DNA of 64,000 bases from positions 16,228,998-16,292,997 of the forward strand of contig CM082578.2 in the NCBI GenBank assembly GCA_040954595.2. The letters are read 5' to 3'. A model generated the notes under the pieces. The model did not search any database, had not been told where the DNA came from, and was given only the letters and a program-made list of their open reading frames with translations. Position numbers and translations under genes: made by a program. Below, one piece after another: positions 1 through 13,100 of the stretch (within the stretch, counting starts at the first letter, position 1; every line of letters starts with the position of its first letter). This DNA is from Balanoglossus misakiensis (Eukaryota; Animalia; Hemichordata).

Positions 1-139
1 AAGAATTTGTTTCCATGTTTACAGGTGATCATTTGAGTTTCAATGGAAAAGTCGGGCGACATTTGACCTTACCCGTTTCAATTATTTCAACATCAAGGCA
101 GTGTTGGGGTAATAAAATGACACAGACACAAGTATTTCA

Positions 140-3100
140 TTTTAATCTAGTTCATTGAACATTTTAATTTCAGAGGTTTTAAATCCATAAACAAAAGAGG
201 ATACATGTATACAGTATTATCTGTACACTTACAATATGAAAAAGGAGCAAGAACATTACTTCCGTGAACCCAAATTTCAAAATTCAAATTTAATCTCCAT
301 TGATGGATATAAAACTGTCAGTAACAGCTACAGCTGCATCGAGGAAAATGGACACTTCGTCCTCAGCTTGGTTGCCGGATACCCATCTGGTCTTTGCATC
401 TGCAAAACAAGCATGTAGAAATGAATGTCTATAATTGACATGAAACAAAGCATGATCACCACTGTACGTACGCCAATCGTTGTTCATTCGCAGATGGTAC
501 ATCATGCAAATTTGTATGGCTGCCTGGAATTTCACTCTATTCGGCAACTGGATTAAATTCTACTGCAACAACGATAGAGATCTGCCCATATCAGCTTATA
601 ATTGTACTTAGTTAAATCGACAATTCCTGGACATTGTGAAAAACACCCCACGCACACCCCGTACCATGTATTGTCTCCGTCATGGCTTCAATTTTCTTTC
701 CAACAATTCTTACCTTCCCAGAACCATGCAGTATCTTTGGACATCAATCACACAGGCTGGTAATCTTAGTATCATCTATGGGATCCCTGGAATAAATGAA
801 AAGTATGTAAATGAAATGTCTCCTACAAAGATGGCGAACATGCTTGTGCCATAACAAAATAGCCACTCCTTGCATCTAGCAGTCGGGTCGGTTTTAAAAC
901 ATTGAATTGACATCCACGGGGTCCATACATGCAGGTTTCGGCAAAATCAGTTCGCTTGACTGGGTAACGGCACCAGTCTGAATCGAAAAAAAATCTTCAA
1001 AATGGCTACCATGAAAAGGGGTTTTGGTGTCTATATCGCCTGTCAAACCTTGTTTGAAACCTCTGGTCTTCTTTCAGCCATTGAACATACTGCCCTTACC
1101 GCACCCAGCTATACTGCTTCATGGCGAAAATAACCAGTCACTTAGACCCCAGCTTGGTTGATGAATACCATTATCCTATGATCTCGTCTCTGGATCTGCA
1201 AAACAAGCAAATGAAGTGAATGTCTGTAATATAGTCATGATCGTTTGGCCGAGGAACATACCTGCCCTTACCTCACCCAGCTATACGGCTGCATGGCGAA
1301 ATAAAACTCTGGTCTCTGGATCTGCAAAACAAGCAAATGAAGTGAATGTCTGTAATATTAGTGAACACGAAAGAAAACATCTACCGCGATCACCGTGCCA
1401 CAACTTTTGTTCATTCGCGGATATTACATCTGACAACATCTTTATATGGTACATATTTTCAAATTTTACAGCCACGAGAAAAATGTTCAACCCTGACAAA
1501 AATTCTTGCTATGCCGGATTGGAGTGAATCCACCTACCTTATTTGAATACGTGTTCTTTGCTGCCCCCTGTTAAAAAATTAAAAATAAAACAAGTAAATA
1601 TTTCACCATAAAAACAGAATAACAGAGACATACACACACGCAATGATCTTTTAATGAAAATGCCGAAAGATTACAAATCTAAAATAAATTATATACGCAC
1701 ATTATCGGTACGGAAATAAACCACTCGCAGTATTATGAGTGCATGTATGTTTTTAATATTTTTTATTGAATAATGACGAAAGATAACAAATCTCAAAAAA
1801 ATGTACTAACTATATACGCACGCCCTAAGATGATCGGTACGGAAATAAACCACTCGCAGTATTATGAGTGCATGTATGTTTTTAATATTTTTATTGAATA
1901 ATGACGAAAGATAACAAATCTCAAAAAAGTACTAACTATATACGCACGCCCTAAGATGATCGGTACGGAAATAAACCACTCGCAGTATTATGAGTGCATG
2001 TATGTTTTTAATATTTTTTATTGAATAATGACGAAAGATAACAAATCTCAAAAAAGTACTAACTATATACGCACGCCCTAAGATGATCGGTACGAAAATA
2101 AACCACTCCCAGTATTATGAGTGCATGTATGTTTTTAATATTTTTTATTGAATAATGACGAAAGATAACATATCTCAAAAAATGTACTAACTATATACGC
2201 ACGCCCTAAGATGATCGGTACGGAAATAAACCACTCTCAGTATTATGAGTGCGTGTATGTTTTTATTTTATTTTTATTGAATAATGACGAAAGATAACAT
2301 ATCTAAAAAAAACTTGTATTAAGTATTAACCGACTATCTGAGGGATGGGACCCACCCGCACCGGGGATTTTATTTATGTCTATATAACTTACTTGTTTTA
2401 AGCCTCAGATAATCCACTGGTCTTCATTCAGCCATGGAACATACAAACGCTCACCTCATTGTAGTCTAGTTGCATGGCCCAAATATACCGTACAACTTAC
2501 CGTGACACACGCATGCACACACACGCACACACAACAACGAGCACCTTTCGAAGCATTCAAAGCCGATGAACTTGTTGGTGCCGTAACAAAAATGACCCAT
2601 GCACCGAGCATGTAGTCATGTTGGTTTTAAAACTGTAATGACATCCACATATGGCATCCGTATTGTTGCATTCTTCAGATTTGTGCAAAATTGGTTCGCT
2701 GAACTGGCTACCGGCACCAGTCAGAATCGTTGAAAAATCTTAAAAATTGCCCAAAAATGGCTGATACCGCTTACTTTGACATCATGCTTGTACAACATCA
2801 TAGCATCCACGTTGAACGTACATCACCAGTTCATCTGGGCCTTCCATCTGCAAAATAAGGAAACAAATTGAATGCCTATCCATGAACACGAAACCAAATA
2901 TCAACCGTAATCACCGTACGCTAACTGTTCCCAATGAAGCGTTTCAAGGCTTATTTTTGCCATTGTCTGGTAGTATGATACAAAATTTGCATTCGCTCAC
3001 ACTCGAAAACACGCTGACTACACGTGAACCCGTTGTCAATTCATCGAACCCGCTACCAATTCATCGTAGCCTCTCCCCTTTCCCGAAAAAACTATACCTT

Positions 3101-3180
3101 GTTTTTTATGTTAAAAAACCTGCCGCTCACAGTACACCGACTTGATAACCGTACATCTCAAGTTGAGTAACGCGAAAGAG
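140..3180 (-). ncRNA. Candidate spliced non-coding RNA gene with a TCT/5'TOP start (GAS5/SNHG-like host-gene architecture)
   Basis: Minus strand begins at tccaCTCTTTCG (~3180, TCT-type initiator). Short exons bounded by GT-AG sites: 3180-3131, 2847-2775, 1567-1538, 1321-1272, 1195-1100, 786-714 and a last exon from 399 towards ATTAAA signals near 140-170. Exons give only very short ORFs; four share the start ttttgcag|AT.. and look paralogous. 3' end approximate. Confidence 0.5.
1650..2312. repeat. Tandem repeat, ~127-bp unit, ~5 copies
   Basis: The unit marker cggtacg(g/a)aaataaaccact recurs at 1706, 1835, 1961, 2088 and 2216 (spacing 126-129 bp) with few substitutions; a degenerate partial copy starts near 1650. 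Confidence 0.95.
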
Positions 3181-3615
3181 TGGAATTTGTGAATTTAAAC
3201 ACAGGAGGGAAGCGCTGACTCGAAATGTCTGACCGTGACGCATCCAATTTATCTAGTCTGTGGTGTAAACGTCTGGCTTTGTAGTTGTCCGTAACTCGCC
3301 ACAGAATAACCCACGTTTCTGGTCAAAAATTGAGTAAATGTGTCTACTTCTGTTACTTTACTTACCGCTGTCGTCGTGCAAACTATCCAGCGGAGAAACT
3401 CTGTTCCGGGGCAGAGTTTTCCGCATCCTCTCCGCAACACGTCCTACATGTACATGCATCAGCGTGGCCGTCACTTATGAAAATGTACGGAAGGCTGAAC
3501 GGAAATTTCCAAGTGGAGGTGGTCCAGGTGGCTCCAACCAATCAGCAGCTCTGACGTGTCTCAAGTCACGCGACGTCACGTGACCCGCATCAAAAGTGCT
3601 GACACAGTGACGTAA
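3172..3615 (-). promoter_or_regulatory. Promoter of the candidate non-coding gene: TCT initiator plus upstream E-box/CRE-like cluster
   Basis: CTCTTTCG on the minus strand ending at 3180; upstream CpG-rich tract with cgacgtcacgtgacc (CRE-like site overlapping CACGTG, ~3571-3585) and cggaa (ETS-like) sites. Confidence 0.45.
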
Positions 3616-4683
3616 CTGTTGAAATTTCGGAATTCTATTTTGTACTAGTTTGCTAGACATTTTGAGCATCAAAAGATTCCACACCCGAAAGAGTTTAACA
3701 TGCGCCTTTGAAATGTTGGAGTAGGGGAAAATCAACTGAATATCATCGTCACCTAAATATCTATTCACAACAACAAACAATGCGTTCAAATATCTACATT
3801 TTTGACTCTTTTGTTAGGTGGAAAGACCAGACCACGTATTTCAATTATCGTTAGATGTTATAGTAGTTACACAGACACTGAATTCTGGGTCACATTTTAT
3901 TATTTGCCGTTTGCAAATGACATAATAATGACATGTAAAGTACAATTGCTTATAAGTCGGTAAGATTCACCTAGAAAACCAACACAATTAAACAGACTCC
4001 AGACAATATTTCACCCTGGTTCCCCAAAGACAAAAATGTAATGATAAGTCTTAAAATTTGGTTGCACCAGACGACAAATTTAGTGGATACTTTTGCCGCC
4101 AATCGGTTGTCAAATCGTTAGTTGGGTTAGAAGAAATGAGAAACTGGAGATGAACAGACGCACTAATACTTTCATAGTTCATTTACATACATGGTCAGGT
4201 GACCTTTCGGAAACTTTAGACAGGTCTTATGTGTGACAAATTTTCCTTACAAGGGGCAGCTATACCACATTCAAGTATATAGGCCTAAGTTACAAAACTA
4301 GATTGTAAAACATCTGTATCCAGCATACTCATTCGAAGAAAAGCTTTCGTTTCAGTTTGACTTGGTGAATATTGTGAATATAGAAAACAATAAACTAAAG
4401 AGCAAAAATACGATCTTTTAAGTTTTATAGTGTAAAATATCGAGAGTGCCGTGCCTTTTCGTGAATTGTTCTTTCCCGCAAACGCCTTGAGACATTAACA
4501 GGAGAGTTTTAAGCCATGGTCTTAACTAGCGGGTGTTTGTCTGAATTCGAAATCCAAACTCATCAACTGGTGGCTTTTAAAGCCCTTTTAAAGTCTAAGT
4601 TCAGTAAGACACGCTAGGAATGTCTTTGAGCACCACGTACAGCTGTACAAATGCGTACAAAACTAAGTCTTCTCGCGAGATTC

Positions 4684-5574
4684 TCACGACAACTGCAATT
4701 CCACTTCCGGTTTAAAGGACCAAGGTGCCCGTTGGAATTCCGACTCATCTAAAACACCATCACCTGGAGAATAAACAAATAGATACAATGTCAGTTTCAT
4801 AGCTAGGTGTATTCTTTTAGCAGGTAATATCTTGAGAGCGCCATCTGTAGTTTAAAGGTCTGGCGCGAGTCTGGCAGGCCGCAGAGGGCGCATTGGTAGA
4901 ATGTTGTCGGACAGATTTCTGTATAATAACAGAAGTGTTTCGCGTTAAAACATCTATCAATTATTTGATTTGCCATCACGACTATCATGTGTATAATAAC
5001 CACGTTGTTGTTGTTGTTGGAAATCGAATTAAAGGTGGACTCAAATTATTTTAAAATAAAATATGACGCAATGGACGGTTTATTGAGTATGGGAATACCA
5101 AAGATGTGCAATCGACAATTCTCATGTTGGACGTGAAACGTTTCTCTCGTCCAAGTTGTTCAGGTGTGGCGATGCGTCAGTGTTGTACATGCACAAAATA
5201 TGATTCGAAAACACAAACAGTTTACATCCGAATCGGGGAATATTATTACCGTTGGTGTCGGCGTTTTGGAACGGCTCCTTGGCATCGACAACTTTCGTCT
5301 CAGTGACCTCTGCCAACTCGGCCAGATTGACGAAGCCGTTCTTGTCCAAATCGTACGTGGTGAAAGCGGTCGGTAGCTCGATGGCCTCGAATTCGGAAGA
5401 ATCTGGAACGTGACCCTCAAGCGGGTATGGCAGATCGAAATTGTCGCCTTGTTTCTCATGACCAGAATCCTTGCCGAAGTCCTTTCCAGGGTTTCCGATC
5501 TCCCTTCCGTTGCTAGTGGCAACACTGACGACTAAGAGAACGGCCAGAATGATGACTTCCATCCTTCGGACCAT
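4684..5574 (-). CDS. Small secreted calcium-binding protein with two EF-hands (~134 aa)
   Basis: Coding exons 5574-5250 and 4763-4684 (phase-1 GT-AG intron). Hydrophobic signal peptide MEVIILAVLLVVSVATSNG; EF loops DLDKNGFVNLAE and, across the splice, DTNGDGVLDESE; ends ...RAPWSFKPEVELQLS*. Confidence 0.85.
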
Positions 5575-6968
5575 TTTGTTGCCTGTGGGTAAAGAAAGGG
5601 CGGGAAAGAGCCGTTAAAAAGTCACCAGTCAGTTCAGAAAATAATCGCATTTTACAAAAACGTGGGATAAGACAATGGCAAATTTCTCCTGGTTGACCAT
5701 GCGAAAAGCGTAATCTTCTGAAGAATTTTACAACCAGCTCCAACAATTTGAGGTCTGTTTTCTCGGCGAAATTCATCATACACCTAACTTCCAAAGTGAT
5801 TACGTCATAATGCGATCCCTTTACCCTCACCTTACCCCCGCGAAGACCGAACGCGATAGAAAGTTTCTTCCAAGTTGATGTATATCTGACAAAATTCTCA
5901 ATCAGGAAATCAGAAAGGGGTGACAAACTATGTCAGGGTCTGGATCAGCTGCAAGCAGTGAGAAGTCAACTGCTTGTAGTTTGTGCCATATAATCCGATT
6001 GTCGCTTTGATTAAGCACCTCTTCACCCCGACAGCCCACGCAGGCGCAACTCTCGTCTCTTTGATTTCCTGAACGCCCAAGCGATCAACTTTAAAGTTAT
6101 TGGCGTGTGCGCCCGACCGTGTGTGAGGCTACAGCAATGAGCTCCCGACACGATAAATAAATGTATATCATTAACTGTGGACTAATTATACGGAATTCGG
6201 AGATGTAAAGTGACTTCAATTTGCTAGGAGCTCGGAGGAATTCCCTGTATGTCAGTTATTCCGAGCTGAATTAATTTGACTTTTCAGTGACTGTGGCGCT
6301 GTTTTGGTTGAAAGAATGAAGGCAAGTGATTTGGTGAAGCCAAAAGCAGTCTCATTGTTGGAGCAGAGCAGACAGTTAACGCCCGACAGAGTGCATTCGC
6401 ATTGATCCTTGTCACCAATTATTTTACGGCCACTTGTCAAAGTGAAAGTCTTGTACACACCGATTACAGTACCCCTCCCAGGTTCAAAAGTAGTTCCTGC
6501 GAGATAATTAAGCCGCCACAATGGTTGTTATTTTAGAGTCAGAGGGCAAACAGCACATCTCCCCGGACCGCAGGGGTGCCTCCAATTTTACAGAATTTGC
6601 TTCAGGTACCACAACAAGAACACAATTCGATAAAAAGTTCAGTGTGTTTTTCATAATGTCAGTCCTGCATTCAAAATCATTGACTTGAATTCCAATGGTG
6701 TCTTGCCTGTAATCTGTTATTACCCTCAACTTAAACTTGAGATACAAGGTGATGTCTGTTGATTGCAAAGAAAAACGACTTCAAATCGTTCGTTGTGTCT
6801 CGTTCACTCGTTCATTGCTTTCTCCCCGGATCTACACAGCTAGACGAGTTTTCTATTCACATACTAGTTTTACGTAATCGTCTTATGCAATACTTGCCCC
6901 CGAACGAACTTTAAGAAAGGAATGTTGCGGCGATCAAGAGATCATCGCCATTATTGTTTGAATCTCAC

Positions 6969-7124
6969 CTGGTATCTTTTTGCCGTTTAATTTGACAAGC
7001 GGCCTTCGTGATCGTTTTTCCCGACAAGTTAAACTACGTATAACAGACCACTTGCGAGGTTGCGAATCTGAATAAGAAGACTGGGTCGTAATCTGATACC
7101 TAATGGCCTTCTGGGTCTTTTATA
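6969..7124 (-). promoter_or_regulatory. TATA box, initiator and 5' UTR exon probably belonging to the EF-hand gene
   Basis: Minus-strand TATAAAAG starts at 7124, Inr-like TCAGATT with A at 7094 (30 nt downstream), exon ends at a gtgaga donor (6968); a matching acceptor ttctttacccacag lies just upstream of the EF-hand ATG. Confidence 0.6.
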
Positions 7125-9954
7125 TATTTTCCTGTCTTCAAACTGAATGCTCCTGTTGCACCGATCATAAAGTAGTAGTCGTGACAAAATCAATGACAAC
7201 GGCAACTATAACTGCGGTGAATAGGCCTACGGGTTATTCTAATGTGATGATGCCACGCCCACTATCACTGTCAACGTGATAATTGTGTGATTCAGGGATA
7301 ATTATCACCTGAGAATATTGATCGACTACATCAGTCCGGGACCCGGGGATCAAAGTTGTTATTATAGACTAGCATAACAAATGCGAATTATTCAGCTGTA
7401 GAATTCGTGAACGTGTTAACGGGTCCCTCCAATTTCGACTGGTGGTTTTTATGGCAGTGGCCGACTTCGAAATTCCGGCTGCTTTATCGGTTGTGACTGC
7501 GGGTACACGCGTCGCTTTGAAACAGTCTCATTGCCTTGGAGTTTAATGGGTAGCGCTTCATAAATAATCCAGATGCGGATAATATCTGTCTGATTTGGTG
7601 GTACATTGTTTAGACGGCATGTGTGATTACGGTGGTATGAAACGGGCTCCACAGCATTTAAGTGATTGAAACATAACAACTGTCTGTCTATTAGCCAAAT
7701 AGTTCATTCAGGCCCACACAGAATATATTCTTTCTACCCCAGCTATCTTAGGAAACTATTGGCTTCTTTGGATGAATTATGCGTATTGTTTTACGATTGC
7801 GTGTGGATCCTTGCTTTTATAAGTCCACGGGACTGTGGAGAGCGAAACTCAAGTACCGATGATTTGGACAAATACCAATCCATGCGGAATTCCGAACGGA
7901 ATGTTTGGTCCACTCAGTGTAAGTGTGGCCGCCGGCTGAACTCATGTAAAGAGCGATAAAGTGCAACAATTCGAACTCTAATGGCAACCATCCTCGAAGT
8001 TTACTGACTTTTTGATTTGGGCTGCAGAACTTATCACATATTCCAACGGCTCACTTTAAGAGAACTAAATAAATAATTCAGAAGACGGCGACACAGACAA
8101 AGATAAAACGGAGAAAGTCTTGACAAATTACAACGCCGTTGAATGATTCTTGTGCAATTTGGTGTTTTTTTTCGTATCTTGACACAGTTAAGCCCGCTAA
8201 ACTGACATAACTGCTCGTTAACTTGGTCGCGTTTTTTCAAAACATGGTACAAATCAATTCCATGACGTACGCCACAAACACATCTTTGCCGGACTGAAAG
8301 CACTGTTCAAGCAACTCCGCATTTCGATAAATGACGCAATTGCCTTATCTGAGTATACGAACTATTCCAGAAAGACATGAGTCGGCTGTAACGAATGTTG
8401 GCACAACGCCTTCTAGGTGTAAAGTTTGAGATTTCGACCTAGAGTTGAAGAGTTTATCGGGCGTATAATCCAAAAGCAGCATAATAAGTACTTCTTCAAC
8501 TTTGTACAGAAAAACGGGCGAGGCAACGAAGAGTTTATACCGTACAACCGCTGTGGGTGAATTCCCCGAACTTCTCAGCTGTTGTTGATCAAAGTTCACG
8601 GCAGCCTCTGGCGGTAAAGAGAGTGGAACATGGAAATCACAGTAGTAGTTAGTAAAACTCTCTTATTAAGATCACTTTCTTTGACATTTAATATTTAGAA
8701 GGCTAATAAATAAGCACATGTAATGTGCCAAACATAATTGTACAGCATTTTCTGTGCACATCGTTGTAATACTGTGGCCGTCTTCGTCATTCGATGTAGC
8801 AGTAGCCTGAGATCACAGGTCAAATGCTTGCAAGCAAAGTTCGGTCTCCGGGTTGCCGACACTGGTATCCGACACCGTTCGCCGTCATTTCATATTGCGA
8901 CGAGGTCAAAACTTTCCAGGACCGGCGAGGTCGCGACCTCAGCGACGAATGATATCGCCTTATAGCTGTCGCGGTCAGACACGACCCTGTAAAAGTCACC
9001 AGATGCCCTTCTTTACGTCACGCAGTTTGATTTCACTCGTCGGAGGCCCTAACCAAACTTATTTTGCGACAAAGCTATATTTTATCATCCCTTGGAGTAT
9101 GGTTGTTATTTTTATCTTCAAAAATCGAAACAGAACAGATGTTGTTTTTAAGATCGCCCGTAAAAAGTGTCAGACTAGTTTTAGAGTCAACCGGGAGAGA
9201 GGATGCCCATAAGTTGTTTGAAGACGACAGGTCAATAACTTTTAAACGCTAACAGTGTCAATGTCAACAAGGCTGCTTCGTTTTCGCAAAGGAAATAGTT
9301 TCGCGAGTACAGAACTATATGCATCTAAAGCCGTTTATATTTCTGACAAAAGTGCCCGGAAAGTACTGACCTCAGACATTTCAAGGTCTGTATTCAGTTC
9401 ACCACGCACTTGCGTGACAAAGAATTGACAGGAAATAGTCACAGACCACTTTCTTTTCGATGAAATCTGAGAACCAAAACAAGACCGATGCGTCATGTTT
9501 TAAAAAGAAACGCACTGCCCCCAAGCACCCGTTACCCTTGACAAAACAACAACTTTGATAAACGCCGAGGATAATTGTATCATAACAAATCAAACTGACC
9601 CGAACTGTCTACTAAGAACAATAACGTTTGGATAACACCTACTTCTGAAACGCAGCATGTAAATCGTTTTGATATACACTCATTATTCATCCCCGCTCTG
9701 CAAATTAGACCAAGTAAACATGGACAAGCAATGTTGGGAAGCATGTGAAAACAATCCAATTATCACTCTTTCACTCGACGGAAATATCTGTAAAGAACAC
9801 AAAGTCTGGACTGGAATGTCTCTCTAAATTGATGACAACTTATCGGGTTGCAAAATTGTTGTCAGTTGGCAGATTCAGAAAGTGCCGTCTTATTTGTAGT
9901 TTTGTGAAGAGATGTTATACTGGGTATAATGTGTCATGTTTGGCAACATAAATT

Positions 9955-10164
9955 CTAAGATGGGGCCATAAATTGTGTTTCAAAGTAGAAATAGTGGTCG
10001 GCGCATAATTCTGACTTCTGCGACAAACCTTTCGAATTGGCAACAAACTTCATTGCGGACAAAATTGGTTTGCTCATTCTTGACAAGATTGTCGGGGTGT
10101 GTATGCAATCATGTTTACAAGCAAACAAAACCACGAGGGTTTTTGAGGATGCTCTTGTTGGCAC
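9955..10164 (-). mobile_element. Possible decayed THAP-domain transposon remnant
   Basis: Short ORF MPTR...KFVANSK...SELCADHYF..FE loosely resembles the THAP pattern MP..C...W..FV....S.LCS.HF; key residues missing, no termini found. Confidence 0.25.
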
Positions 10165-13100
10165 AATACTTGAAGACGCCGAGGAAGATCGTTTGTGTAC
10201 ATGTTATTTTTGTTACAGCTAAATGTGTGTATACTTCTGCACTCTACTTTGGTAAAAGCTTTTTGTTTGCAGCGATGTAGCGGGGCTTTCTTTGAACAAA
10301 CCCCAGCAAAGATAGATTACAACCATTACATGTTGGTCTACAAACAGACTATTCTGCACTCCACTTCTTTAGAGCAACTTTCCTTTCATTCGAGGCAGTA
10401 ACGTTTAGTGAATGACCACTTCATTCAAAGGAGAAACATGTCACTGTTGACGATTTTTTAAAAAGTAAAAGTGAATGGCCGTGGCGGCGCCCCCTGATTT
10501 TTCTGCGTCATTTGGGGTGAGCGGCAGGATCACAAGCGACTCTGGTAAATGTTACATTTCTTGAGTTCACACATTACGTCATAATATAGTCTTACACAGT
10601 GGCCATAACCTCTGCATGGTACAGGGATGTTTGATACGATCGGTAGCAAATCCAGACTCCGGGTGCTCAGCGACCCAAGACCAGGCGTCATTCCAAGCTG
10701 AGATAACTTTTTATTTATCGTTTGTTGGGGCACAGACAAAGAAAAGATGTCTTTTCTCTGTCAGTGGATGGGCGACGTTTTTAACTGTTATATTTCAGAA
10801 ATCTGTAGAACTCTCAAGGTGAAAATCGTTCACAAATGCCACACCAGTATACACTTGCGCTCAGACCCCAAACAAAACGAAAGAAAGATTTGGCATCCAG
10901 CAGGAAGACCCAGACAGATGCAGGTGGGGGTCGGGGCGGACAAGTTAATTGACAAGCACGGCATGCACGTTTTCACGCACGGCTAACATTGCAAAAATAT
11001 CTGTCCATTTTAGGATGCGCGCTACTGACCAACTTTAGAGAGACGTGTCCCTTTCGCGTTGCGGGGCTTGATTGACGAGGGTTGATTACAACAGAGGAGC
11101 CGAGATTTAACTGTTGTCTCACCACATACCAATTCTCACTAAGATTTTAAAAGATGGTAGGATGGGGTAACTCTGGCCAAATTCCAACGATAAGTGCCTC
11201 TCGGGGATTTAATGCCATTACCTTCATATTTGTATATCACTTATACCGTGTACTCGGGCACCTTGTGCGCCTATTGACCGAACACCTAATTGAATAATTT
11301 TTCCCTTTGTCAAACAGAACCATAGACTTTTATTCGGAGGGCGTTCAGCTTTACTCTGCCCGACGACACCGATCAAGGACTGAGCTATTGGCGTTTTGTT
11401 GTGCCTGCCTTCACATAAGTGATCGTTTTTGGTTTCGGTAATAGAACAAAAAAATCAATGGGTCTGTGGTCTTCAGGGTCGTCACCCACGGCCAAAAGTG
11501 AAATATATGGTTGCGCCCTGACCTGCCTTACCTTGTAAGATAAATCCAGATACCAGAAGTTATGTTGTCTTGATCCGGTAACAGTCGAAGGGTGTCTTTC
11601 TGGTGTGCAGAGCGCCGATTCCAATGTTTTACACAAAATCCTTGAATCCGTTCAGTTGGCCGAGCGAGAAAACAACTGTTGCGTGGGCAGCGCCTGCAGT
11701 CGACTGGTGAGCCTCTAAAAGGTTCTCCAAACATGGGATTGCGGAAGAGCGGAGTTGTTGGCAAGTATACGCGGAGTTAATCAGCAGACGGCCCGTGAAA
11801 ATGAAAGAGTGGATTGTAACATGCGCTAGGACGTACGTGAGACTATCTTGTGTGCTAAACAATGCCACATTCGATTTGGCAGATGTGAAGTGGTGTTCTT
11901 AATGGTATGATTGGTCGGTTTAGTGGCTGTTACAGTTAATTGACAGCTTCCCTGTCCGGCTCGGCTTCAAGACGAACCTTGGCTTCACTGCCATGCATTA
12001 TATTTGTGTACTTGGAATTCAGTATGTACATAGATTTAAAAAAATGAATAAAATCAGTTGAAGTGACAGTAATATGGCAAGCTACAAATCTCATTTCTGA
12101 CCCAGTTTTTGGACCCAGACTGGTGTACTGTCAGTGGTTTCACCAAGATTGAATCTGAACTACGTGTAGGCGAATATGCGATCTTGATAAAAGGTGTTGC
12201 ATCGGTGCACTTGATTTCTACTTTCTATGATATATTACAATGATAGATAAGCATTAGTAACGTTTTTTATGAGGCGAGGACTAAAATGCATACCACCCAA
12301 TCTAGGAAGTGCATATACCAGATAAAATATTCAAACTTTTAATTGGAGGACGCACGATAACTGTAACAGCCGATTGGAGTTTTATTGCCCACTAGTGCTT
12401 AAAGGACATCTCAATATTGTCATGGGACGCGCGGCGCGAAGATTTGTGGCTATTTGTTGGTTTGTTTCGTCGTACTTTTATCACTGCGGTTAAATTTGCA
12501 CTTGTCCAATTATGGCCTTTGTACAGACAGGGCATCCTCGTGGGCTCACTACACACCATTACACACTGACCCCTGGAATGACCAGTCAGAGTAACGGGTA
12601 CAGAAAACGCTTTAAATTAGCTGCGACAGTGTTGTGTTTCATGCTGCGAAAACCACTCTCCCATTCGCATTTTCGGGGAGGCTTTTAATGTTTTCTTTGG
12701 CATGAAAACAATTCCCGGATGCTCGTTTCATGCAAGTGGTGTTTGAAAAGTTGCAGCAGGACTTCAAGGCGCCAACACATGGTGGAAGAAGGAAAGATGA
12801 TAGACTGTGATACTCGTGCTCTGAAAGACATTGGCACGCCGTTCGCCCCTCACAATACTTTTATTTCTCAATGTCGGGTCAAATCACACGCCTAAACGAG
12901 ACTTGACAATCCATGTCTTACCACGGTAACCCTATTTCTTCAAAACATTGTTTTTGTACGTTCTGTCTTCGTTGCCCCGGACAAAAAAGTCACCTATATA
13001 CTGGTTATTTTGTTACATGTAGAAATATAATATCACGACGATTCTTATGGTTATCATAAAAAGTAGAGAGCGACGATAGTGTAAATTGTCCGACGACCCT

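Noticed and set aside
1650-2312. CRISPR-like regular array
   Set aside because: Whole units are near-identical with no unique spacers, and the context is eukaryotic; it is a plain tandem repeat.
11385-11868. Cluster of overlapping ~80-aa ORFs with scattered Cys/His
   Set aside because: No recognisable domain or consistent splice structure; probably intergenic or old repeat sequence.
12710-12845. PHD-finger-like fragment (GKMIDCD...HWH) needing a frameshift
   Set aside because: Too short and degenerate to call, with no splice context or transposon ends.
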